From IMG/VR virus record IMGVR_UViG_3300046171_000083, positions 1 through 55,766 of that record: a stretch of 55,766 nt of DNA; one strand, written 5' to 3'. The stretch is from a virus (lineage: Duplodnaviria; Caudoviricetes). This document shows, one piece after another, positions 47,938 to 55,766 of this stretch (position 1 is the stretch's first letter; every line of letters starts with the position of its first letter). A model generated the notes under the pieces. That model was not told where the DNA came from. It saw only the letters and a list, made by a program, of their open reading frames with translations, and searched no databases. Both the position numbers and the translations under genes were made by a program.

Positions 47938-48233
47938 TGTTTACGGCAAGTATGGATATTCCAAGAGATAAAGTTCTCGTGAGTGTGAATACAACGAATA
48001 ACAGGGGATTTACTCCTGAAGAATTAGCAGAGCAATGTGTTAAAAAAATAATTTCTATTTCTGAAAACACTCATCCAGGGGTTAGAGATCAAGCTCATGC
48101 TTTTGCTAAAGACATTGAAAAGCTTATTGCTCATTATATGCAACAGGCTGTTCAAAGTGACCGCACAAGTGTATATAATGCACTTACGGATGCAGGTCAT
48201 CCCCAACTGGCTGAACTTATAAGGAGACTTTAA
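47937..48233 (+). CDS. Hypothetical protein
   Basis: 98 aa, TAATG-coupled. Confidence 0.65.
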   Translation: MFTASMDIPRDKVLVSVNTTNNRGFTPEELAEQCVKKIISISENTHPGVRDQAHAFAKDIEKLIAHYMQQAVQSDRTSVYNALTDAGHPQLAELIRRL

Positions 48234-48234
48234 C

Positions 48235-48684
48235 ATGGCCTTTTCAGGAAACGCAATGTGCACATCTTTTAAACAAGAAGTGCTTCAAGCGAAACATGAT
48301 TTTACCGCATCTAGTGGTGATACTTTTAAACTAGCTTTGTACACAAACAGTGCTGCTTTTACTGCGACAACCACAGCTTATACAACTTCAAATGAAGTGA
48401 GTGCGTCTGGTTCTTATTCCGCAGGCGGCGGAACTCTTACAACTGTAACGCCAACTACTTCAGGAACTACAGCATTTTGTGATTTTGCAGACCTTACCTT
48501 TACCTCTGCAACGATTACAGCTAGAGGCGCTTTGATTTATAACACTACTACGGGGTCAGGTTCTGGCACAACAAATACAGTAGCTGTTCTAGATTTTGGT
48601 GCAGATAAAACATCCACCGCAGGTGATTTCCAAATTAGTTTTCCAACAGCAGATGCGAGTAATGCTATAATTCGCATAGCTTAA
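48235..48684 (+). CDS. Tail structural protein
   Basis: CTSFKQE, FKLALYT, TARGALIYN, VLDFGADK; AAGGAG RBS. Confidence 0.7.
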   Translation: MAFSGNAMCTSFKQEVLQAKHDFTASSGDTFKLALYTNSAAFTATTTAYTTSNEVSASGSYSAGGGTLTTVTPTTSGTTAFCDFADLTFTSATITARGALIYNTTTGSGSGTTNTVAVLDFGADKTSTAGDFQISFPTADASNAIIRIA

Positions 48685-48702
48685 ACTTTAGGAGTTGATG
48701 CG

Positions 48703-51700
48703 ATGGCTTTAGTTGTTAAAAACAGAGTTAAGGAAACAACCTCAACTACAGGAACTGGAACCTTGACATTGGCGGGAGCCGTAACAGGGTTTCAGGCTTT
48801 TTCTTCTGCGCTATCAAATAATGATACGACTTACTATTCTTTGATTGAATCTAGCACAGGTTCTTTTGAGGTTGGAATAGGTACGTTTACGGCCTCTGGA
48901 ACTACTCTTGCAAGAACTACTATTTTAGCTAGTTCTAACTCCAATAATGCTATAAATCTTACTGCGAGTAATGCAGAAGTTTTTATTACACAACCTGCTG
49001 AAAAAGCAGTTTTCTTTGATGCCTCTGGTGATGTTACTTTAATTAGAAATCCTCAGTCTGCTTTACAAGCTGCCACTAAGCAGTATGTAGACACAATTGC
49101 TGCGGCGGGTCTTCATTATCACGCCCCTGTAAGAGTTCAGACTACAGGTAATTTAAATGCAACATATAGCAATGGATCTTCTGGAGTAGGAGCAACTCTT
49201 ACTAACGCAGGGACTCAAGCAGCCATCTCAATTGACGGTGTAACGTTATCCAGTGCAGATAGAGTTTTAGTGAGTGAGCAAACAAATGCTGCTCATAACG
49301 GCATTTACACAGTTACAACCGTGGGCACAGCGAGTAGTAATTTTGTTCTTACAAGAGCAACTGATGCAGATAGTTACGGACCTTCTGATCCTGATGCTTT
49401 TGGACAGGGTGACGCTTTTTTTATAAAAGAAGGTAATACAAACGCAGGTCATTTGGACGTAATGAATACGTCTGGAGCTATTACTTTTGGAACTACAAAT
49501 ATTGTATTTGCCGAAGTTGCGGAAACCACCGTGTATTCTGCGGGGAACGGTTTAACGTTAAGCGGCACAACGTTTGCAGCGGGTGCAGGAACAGGGGTTA
49601 CTGTTAATACAAATGACATAGCCATAGGCCAAGATGTAGCCACAACAGCAAGTCCAACTTTTAATACAGTTACAGCAAGTCTAACAGGTAATGTCACAGG
49701 TAATGTCACAGGGGATGTTACAGGTAATGCCGATACTGCTACAGCTTGGGAAACCGCCAGAACTATAAGTCTTACAGGAGATGTTACAGGTTCAGCTACA
49801 GGCGTAGATGGTTCAGGTAATGTAAGTATTACGACAACCTATAATAATGATGTAGTTCTTGGTACAGATACATCTGGAAATTATATTGCGACAGGTGCTG
49901 TTAGTGGTAATGGTTTGTCTGGTTCAGCGGGTGCCGAAGGTGCTACTTTTACCGTTACGTCAAACGCTACCAACTCAAACACGGCAAGCACAATAGTTTT
50001 TCGTGATGGATCAGGTGATTTTAGCGCAGGTACTATTACAGCTAATTTAAGTGGGGTTGCTACCAATGCTACTAATGCCAACAGCGCATTAACAGCAGCT
50101 ACAGTCACAACGGCTGCACAACCTAACATCACAAGCCTTGGTACACTAACGACTCTTACTGTAGATGACATCACAATAAACGGCTCAACCATATCTGATG
50201 GTGGTGACTTTACCTTAGACGTTGGTGGAGTCATATCATTAGATGCTAATGGTGGAAATATTAGATTTAAAAATAATGGCACACAATTTGGAACTATATA
50301 TCAATCTAGCAGTCATCTTGTTTTTCAGTCAGATACTTCTGATGGTGACATTATACTTCAAGGCAAGGATGGTAGTTCATATGTAAATGCCCTCACCCTT
50401 GATATGTCAGATGCAGGTACTGCTACTTTTAACCATGACATAAAATTAGGTGACACTAGTAAAGCCTTATTTGGAGCAGGGTCTGATGTAGAAATTTTCA
50501 GTGATGGTACAAATGGAGTTGTAAGACAGGCTAATAATAGTGGTAATTTGTACATTCAAGCAGATGGCTATGTTTCTCTTGGTGAGGTTGGAAACATCAA
50601 CCCTATGCTAAGAGCGCATAAAGATGGTGCTGTTGATTTATATTATGATTACTCTTCTCATAACACTGCCAAACTTTCTACAACAGCCACAGGTGTAAGC
50701 ATCAACGGTGACAATTACATTTCTATGCAAGAAAACCATTTCATCAATCGTAGATTTGAGATGGATGCAGCGGATAATGCAAGTCCTGTTTATATTTTGC
50801 TCTGTCTTAATGCAGGAAGCAATGACGTTAACGGTACAATTACAATGGACCGAACAAGCGCCCTCAAACACGCTTGTAGTTGGAATATGATTGTAAGTTC
50901 AGGCAGTTCAACTGCACCTATTGGAAGTCTTATGGGGCATGGTGTTGCACATGCAGGTCAACCGTCAGCAAGGTTAGTTACACTTACTTATAGTTCTGTA
51001 AGTTACGTTGCATTAGAGATTACAAACCCTGACGCTTACCACGAAACAACTGGCGCATATTTTAATGGTCGTATTGTAAACTCTGGGTCAAACACCCTCA
51101 CGCCTAAAATTGCTTCTGCCGTGACTAGTGTTTCAGCTTTAGCTCAAGGTAATAGCAAAGCTGTAATTGGAAATACATTAAGCGTTGGTGACATCACAAT
51201 AAGTGGATCAACTATCTCTGATGCTGGCGATCTGACTTTTGATGTTGGTGGTGATATTATTCTTGATGCCGACGGTAGTTATATTTATTTTAAAGATGGT
51301 GGCACTCAGTTTGGTAAGATTGCAAATGGTGGAAGCAATGTTGAACTTCACTCAAATGCACATTTGTCTTTGCGCCCTAATAATGGAACGTCAGCTACAT
51401 CCAACACAGTATGGAATCAAGGCAATGTTGTACCTTGGGCAAATGATTATTTTACTCTTGGGAATTCGTCATATGGGTGGCAAAATCTTTGGCTTAGTAG
51501 TGGAATATACCATCAAGGGGATGATGACACTTACTTACAGTTCGATGCTGCTAACAGCTTCCGCATTGTCACGGGGAATAGTCAAAGAGTAAAAGTAGAC
51601 AGTAGTGGCGTTCAATTAGGTGACAATGGCAACGGCTACTTCCAACCTGTTTCTGGTGACTATGGCTCTATTCAAATTGATGGTGGGGCGCATACTGGAT

Positions 51701-52221
51701 ACGAAGGTTACAGCATTGGTGGTCGTATTGTGTTTATGCATGACAACTCAACCACAAGTTATCTTTTTAATGATGTTGAAAACGAAGCTTTCATTAAAAT
51801 GACTAATAATGGAGCAGTAGATCTTTATTATAATGGTGCGATTACTTTCTCAACAGTAAGTGGAGGAGCCGCAGCCGCAGGTACACTAACCGCTACAGGC
51901 GACATCACTGCCTACTATTCAGATGAACGATTAAAGGACTTTGAAGGCAAGATTGACGGTGCTTTAGATAAGGTTAGCAAACTCAACGGTTATTATTTCC
52001 GCGAAAACGACAAGGCTAAAGAATTAGGGTACGATAACGATGCCCTACAAGTTGGTGTATCTGCTCAAGAAGTTGAAGCGGTAATGCCAGAGGTAGTAAA
52101 ACCTGCGCCAGTTGATCCTGAATATAAAACAATACAGTATGAAAAACTTGTTCCGTTGCTCATTGAAGCAATTAAAGAATTAAAAGAAGAAGTACGCCAA
52201 CTCAAGGAGGATAAGGCATGA
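48703..52221 (+). CDS. Long tail fibre with C-terminal intramolecular chaperone (peptidase S74)
   Basis: 1172 aa Thr/Gly/Ser-rich, TGNV repeats, AATKQYVD; YYSDERLK...GVSAQEV...YEKLVPLLIEAIKEL. Confidence 0.9.
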   Translation: MALVVKNRVKETTSTTGTGTLTLAGAVTGFQAFSSALSNNDTTYYSLIESSTGSFEVGIGTFTASGTTLARTTILASSNSNNAINLTASNAEVFITQPAEKAVFFDASGDVTLIRNPQSALQAATKQYVDTIAAAGLHYHAPVRVQTTGNLNATYSNGSSGVGATLTNAGTQAAISIDGVTLSSADRVLVSEQTNAAHNGIYTVTTVGTASSNFVLTRATDADSYGPSDPDAFGQGDAFFIKEGNTNAGHLDVMNTSGAITFGTTNIVFAEVAETTVYSAGNGLTLSGTTFAAGAGTGVTVNTNDIAIGQDVATTASPTFNTVTASLTGNVTGNVTGDVTGNADTATAWETARTISLTGDVTGSATGVDGSGNVSITTTYNNDVVLGTDTSGNYIATGAVSGNGLSGSAGAEGATFTVTSNATNSNTASTIVFRDGSGDFSAGTITANLSGVATNATNANSALTAATVTTAAQPNITSLGTLTTLTVDDITINGSTISDGGDFTLDVGGVISLDANGGNIRFKNNGTQFGTIYQSSSHLVFQSDTSDGDIILQGKDGSSYVNALTLDMSDAGTATFNHDIKLGDTSKALFGAGSDVEIFSDGTNGVVRQANNSGNLYIQADGYVSLGEVGNINPMLRAHKDGAVDLYYDYSSHNTAKLSTTATGVSINGDNYISMQENHFINRRFEMDAADNASPVYILLCLNAGSNDVNGTITMDRTSALKHACSWNMIVSSGSSTAPIGSLMGHGVAHAGQPSARLVTLTYSSVSYVALEITNPDAYHETTGAYFNGRIVNSGSNTLTPKIASAVTSVSALAQGNSKAVIGNTLSVGDITISGSTISDAGDLTFDVGGDIILDADGSYIYFKDGGTQFGKIANGGSNVELHSNAHLSLRPNNGTSATSNTVWNQGNVVPWANDYFTLGNSSYGWQNLWLSSGIYHQGDDDTYLQFDAANSFRIVTGNSQRVKVDSSGVQLGDNGNGYFQPVSGDYGSIQIDGGAHTGYEGYSIGGRIVFMHDNSTTSYLFNDVENEAFIKMTNNGAVDLYYNGAITFSTVSGGAAAAGTLTATGDITAYYSDERLKDFEGKIDGALDKVSKLNGYYFRENDKAKELGYDNDALQVGVSAQEVEAVMPEVVKPAPVDPEYKTIQYEKLVPLLIEAIKELKEEVRQLKEDKA

Positions 52222-52706
52222 CGCTGCAATCCTCTGGTGCAATTTCTTTTAGTCAGCTTCAAACAGAACTTTTAGGGTCTAATCCGATTACTTTAAGTGA
52301 ATATTATGATGCTGTAGATGATTTGCCTGCTAGTGGTGCAATTTCAATGTCTGATTTCTACGGAAAACAACGTAAGGGTAAGCTTCATGCTATTGGTCTT
52401 TGGAAAAGCAGTTTACAAACCAGTAAATCAACAGGCGTAAGTTCTCTTTCATATGTAGGCACTGCTGATTATAGATGGAATTACAGCACTGCTCTAAGTA
52501 CAGGATCTAACCCTTGCTTGCATCAAGGCACAGATAATAGGCAGTCTGGTTACGGTTACGGAACTTCTGCGTTGTACTTCTACAAGTATGGCTATGAACA
52601 AAATACTAGCTCTACCAGATGCAAGCACAGGTACAATGCTTACAGATCGGGAAGAGATTGGTCAATTAATCACATGTCCATGATTTCATGGGCGCATTAT
52701 GATTAG
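52218..52706 (+). CDS. Tail fibre-associated (adhesin-like) protein
   Basis: MTLQSSGAISFS...SGAISMSDFYG N-terminus; Tyr/Ser-rich C-terminus. Confidence 0.65.
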   Translation: MTLQSSGAISFSQLQTELLGSNPITLSEYYDAVDDLPASGAISMSDFYGKQRKGKLHAIGLWKSSLQTSKSTGVSSLSYVGTADYRWNYSTALSTGSNPCLHQGTDNRQSGYGYGTSALYFYKYGYEQNTSSTRCKHRYNAYRSGRDWSINHMSMISWAHYD

Positions 52707-52714
52707 GTTGTAAT

Positions 52715-53386
52715 ATGTCAGAAAACCCTGTTGCCACCTGTGCTGCCGATGGAACAACGATATATGGATCGCACGGTGTATCAAGCGTATCCTATTCATC
52801 TACAGGGCATTATATTTTTAACTTTGACAGTACGACTCAGGGTTATCGCACAACATCTTGGGATGCCTGTAATATCTCGTCAGCACAAACTCCTTATACA
52901 AGCAACACTTATAGCTATCGTATGCTTCAGAGATACAATTACCATCACACAAGCAATCAAACGCGGGTAAGTATTTACACGACTAATGTATATTACAATA
53001 GCTATTTTTATGGGTTATTGCGTAATCCAGGTTATCATACACTTATTTCTACTTCTGGAGGGACACAAGACGTAGATGAGTGCGATGTTGTAGGCGCAGT
53101 AAGGTTTAGCACAAACGCTAGTATTAGTCAGTGGGAAACAGGAACTTCAAGCGTATCAGATCAAGGTACAGGAATTCTTAGAGTTAATTGGACTACTGCA
53201 TTTCAAGGTAACTTTACCGATTATCGTGCAGCAGCTATAATGTTTCAATCATATATCTCTGGAGGTTATAATGCAATTGATATGGTTTATCAGCGTGGCG
53301 CAAGTTATATAGATATACAAAGTGTAGACAGTTATGGGAATAGGCGTAACCAAGCAAACTGTTCACTTTTAGCTTTTAAGACATAA
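52715..53386 (+). CDS. Tail tip / receptor-binding-like protein
   Basis: Tyr/Ser-rich; repeated VSSVS..TG.Y motif shared with the previous gene. Confidence 0.55.
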   Translation: MSENPVATCAADGTTIYGSHGVSSVSYSSTGHYIFNFDSTTQGYRTTSWDACNISSAQTPYTSNTYSYRMLQRYNYHHTSNQTRVSIYTTNVYYNSYFYGLLRNPGYHTLISTSGGTQDVDECDVVGAVRFSTNASISQWETGTSSVSDQGTGILRVNWTTAFQGNFTDYRAAAIMFQSYISGGYNAIDMVYQRGASYIDIQSVDSYGNRRNQANCSLLAFKT

Positions 53387-53395
53387 GGAAATAAC

Positions 53396-53752
53396 ATGGC
53401 AAATTCTGATTATAGAATTTTATATAAATCGGTAGAAGAAGTATTAATTATTGTATCCCCTGCGGATAATTGTGGATTAACCGTTCAAGAAATTGCAGAC
53501 AAAGATGTTCCTACAGGACATCCTTACAAAATAGTTTTAACATCTGAATTAAATCTTGATGATGACGATGATTATCGCAATTCATGGACATGTGATGATT
53601 CTATTCTTACAGATGGTGTAGGAGGAGAAAATGGAATAGATGCGGATGCAGGGTATTTGGTGCCTTTACGAAACGAAGACGGTTCTGAAAAAACAAAAGA
53701 AGAATTAGATAAAGAATTAATAAATTTATTGTACGGAGTTGCCCCTAAATGA
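53396..53752 (+). CDS. Tail fibre assembly-like protein
   Basis: EIADKDVPTGHPYKIV...YRNSW; AAGGA RBS. Confidence 0.6.
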   Translation: MANSDYRILYKSVEEVLIIVSPADNCGLTVQEIADKDVPTGHPYKIVLTSELNLDDDDDYRNSWTCDDSILTDGVGGENGIDADAGYLVPLRNEDGSEKTKEELDKELINLLYGVAPK

Positions 53753-54000
53753 TACAGTATAATTTAGATAGAGCTAAAGAGCTAAAGCGTCAATTCATTC
53801 GAGTTGAAAGGTTTGAAAAACTTCAATCATTGGACATTGAGTTTATGAAAGCTTTAGAAGTAAACGATACCGATAAAATTGCGGATATTGCTGCAAAAAA
53901 AACAAGATTAAGAGATGCTCCCGCAGATTCATCAATTGATTCTGCATCTAGTATAGAGGAGGTAAAAGCGGTGCGTCCTTCAGTTTTAGATGAAGTTTAA
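53749..54000 (+). CDS. Tail fibre assembly chaperone-like protein
   Basis: R..KL..LD.EFMKALE...KK..LRDAP pattern. Confidence 0.6.
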   Translation: MIQYNLDRAKELKRQFIRVERFEKLQSLDIEFMKALEVNDTDKIADIAAKKTRLRDAPADSSIDSASSIEEVKAVRPSVLDEV

Positions 54001-54018
54001 TTAAAAAAGGAATAATAA

Positions 54019-54849
54019 ATGTTCGGTTCCGCTACTTTTGCCCAATCTGCATTTGCTGATCAAGGTAGAACCGATGTTGCCGTAAGCGTTACAGGGGTAT
54101 CTGCAACGGGGCAGATGGGTGATGCCACAGGTAAAAATATTCTTATTGTTGGAGTAACTTCTCCTGCTCTTACTGGCAACATAGGTGATTCGAGCGTTGC
54201 CGCTAATTCTACTTTAAGCGTTACAGGCGTAGCTGCTACGACACAGCTTGGTTCTGGATTTAGTGTAGTGGCTAGTGCGAATGTTTCACCTGATGGGGTG
54301 TCTGCCACTGGATCTATTGGTGATGTAACTGTTTCTGGTGATGCGATTATAGACATCACTGGTTTAGAAATGGTCAATTCAGTCGGTGATGCAACTGCCG
54401 TTGGAAATGCGATTGTATCACCTGATGGAGTTTCTGCCACTGGTGCTATTGATGATGTAACTGTAGTAGGGGATGCCGTTTTTTCACTTGATGGCGTATC
54501 TGCTACTGGAGCTATTGATGATGTCACCGTAACTGGTGATGCTTTGGCTTCTCCTGATGGAGTTACAGGAACATTAGGGCTTGGCACAGTAACTATAAAA
54601 ATAAATACAACTGCGAATGTTACTGGTGTTGAGGCAACGGGCGCGGTAAATGATGTAACAGTTACAGGGAAAGCGGTAGTTTTCCCTACAGGTATTGCTG
54701 CGACAGGCGCAATAGGTCAAGTTATTGTTTGGGGTAGAGTAATCCCTGATCCAAATACTGAATATACTACAATTGCTCCAGACGCAGAAACAAGCTATAG
54801 TGAGATACAACCAAGTCCAGGCACAGGATGGACAGAAATTGCAGCATAG
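54019..54849 (+). CDS. Repeat-containing virion fibre protein
   Basis: About 21-aa repeats (VSPDGVSATGAIDDVTVxGDA). Confidence 0.7.
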   Translation: MFGSATFAQSAFADQGRTDVAVSVTGVSATGQMGDATGKNILIVGVTSPALTGNIGDSSVAANSTLSVTGVAATTQLGSGFSVVASANVSPDGVSATGSIGDVTVSGDAIIDITGLEMVNSVGDATAVGNAIVSPDGVSATGAIDDVTVVGDAVFSLDGVSATGAIDDVTVTGDALASPDGVTGTLGLGTVTIKINTTANVTGVEATGAVNDVTVTGKAVVFPTGIAATGAIGQVIVWGRVIPDPNTEYTTIAPDAETSYSEIQPSPGTGWTEIAA

Positions 54850-54860
54850 AGGTGATATAA

Positions 54861-55757
54861 ATGCCTAGTTCATATACAACCAATGGTGGCATAGAAAAAA
54901 TAGCTACTGGAGAACAATCTGGTACTTGGGGTACAACCACCAATACAAATTTTGATATAATAGATAGGCTCAACAGCGGTGTTGGGACGATAGATCTTTC
55001 TAGTTCAGGTGCGGCCCATACTCTTACTACGTCAGATGGAACGCTTTCTGATGGCATGTATAAAGTTCTTATTTTAAGCGGAGCCACTCAAGCTTGTACC
55101 ATTACAATTGCACCTAATGATGCACAGAAATTTTATTTTGTTGACAATAACAGCGGTCAAGATTGTACTTTTTCTCAAGGATCTGGTTCAAACGTCACTG
55201 TTACAAACGGCGAAACTGGAATAATATATGCGAATGGCGCAGGCTCTGGTGCAGCGGTTGTATCCATAGGTGTTTCGGTTCTCGCTGATTTAGGCGTTAC
55301 GGCAAGTACTACAGAAGTAAATTACAATGATATTACTACATTAGGAACATCACAAGCTAGTAAAACAGTTACCGCAGATGCGAACGGTGATGTTACTCTT
55401 TCAGAAGAACTAAAAGCAAAAAGTTATAACGAAACGTATGCAACTGTAAGCTCATCAAGTGGAACGCTTACAATTGATTGCGAAGCAGCAAATGTTTTTC
55501 AAGTTACTCTGTCTGAAAACGTTACTACACTTACCGTTTCAAACCCTCCCGCTTCAGGAACAGCCTACGGTTTTACATTACGAGTGATTCAAGACTCCTC
55601 TACAAGAACAATTACATGGCCTGCTAGTTTTAAATTTTCAGGCGGCACAGAACCTACGGTTTCAACAGGTAGTGGTGATATTGATATTTATGCGTTTTTT
55701 ACTACTGATGGTGGTAGTACATGGTACTCCTTCACCGCAGGACAGGATATGAGTTAA
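54861..55757 (+). CDS. Tail protein
   Basis: ATGEQSGTWGTTTNTN N-terminus; C-terminal QDSSTRTITWP...TTDGGSTWY; GAGG RBS. Confidence 0.7.
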   Translation: MPSSYTTNGGIEKIATGEQSGTWGTTTNTNFDIIDRLNSGVGTIDLSSSGAAHTLTTSDGTLSDGMYKVLILSGATQACTITIAPNDAQKFYFVDNNSGQDCTFSQGSGSNVTVTNGETGIIYANGAGSGAAVVSIGVSVLADLGVTASTTEVNYNDITTLGTSQASKTVTADANGDVTLSEELKAKSYNETYATVSSSSGTLTIDCEAANVFQVTLSENVTTLTVSNPPASGTAYGFTLRVIQDSSTRTITWPASFKFSGGTEPTVSTGSGDIDIYAFFTTDGGSTWYSFTAGQDMS

Positions 55758-55766
55758 TGAGTTTTA

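Noticed and set aside
54060-54587. Long antisense ORFs within structural and replication genes
   Set aside because: Shadow frames arising from codon bias of the sense genes; no independent signals.
1-55766. tRNA genes, integrase/att site, reverse transcriptase or DGR
   Set aside because: No cloverleaf, recombinase or RT motifs and no template/variable repeat pair were recognised by eye. tRNAscan and HMM searches would be needed to be certain.

Overview
This window looks like a complete, circularly closed 55,766-bp genome of a tailed dsDNA phage with podovirus-type (P22/T7-like) structural genes. A marine proteobacterial host is plausible but is inference only. Gene order: tail, lysis and ejection proteins (1-12.5 kb); recombination and replication genes (Sak4-like ATPase, SSB-like protein, SF2 helicase, Cas4-like exonuclease, primase-helicase; 12.5-20.5 kb); a minus-strand accessory operon (21-25.7 kb); a repeat-rich regulatory and packaging region with terS and an amidoligase island (25.8-29 kb); low-complexity proteins, terL, portal, GroES, scaffold and major capsid protein (29.5-41.9 kb); then head-completion and tail genes. 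No DNA polymerase, RNA polymerase, integrase or tRNA gene was recognised. About ten genes carry 1-nt frameshifts, probably assembly errors. The key observation is a non-coding array at 22464-23242 of 14 stem-loop units, each with two variable 9-nt spacers around a conserved 13-nt hairpin. It lies directly upstream of a nuclease-less IS110/Nop-domain protein (21737-22444, minus strand). This is the architecture of a TIGR-TasA-like RNA-guided DNA-targeting system, here in an operon with uncharacterised partner genes. Protein family calls come from motifs recognised by eye, not from database searches.
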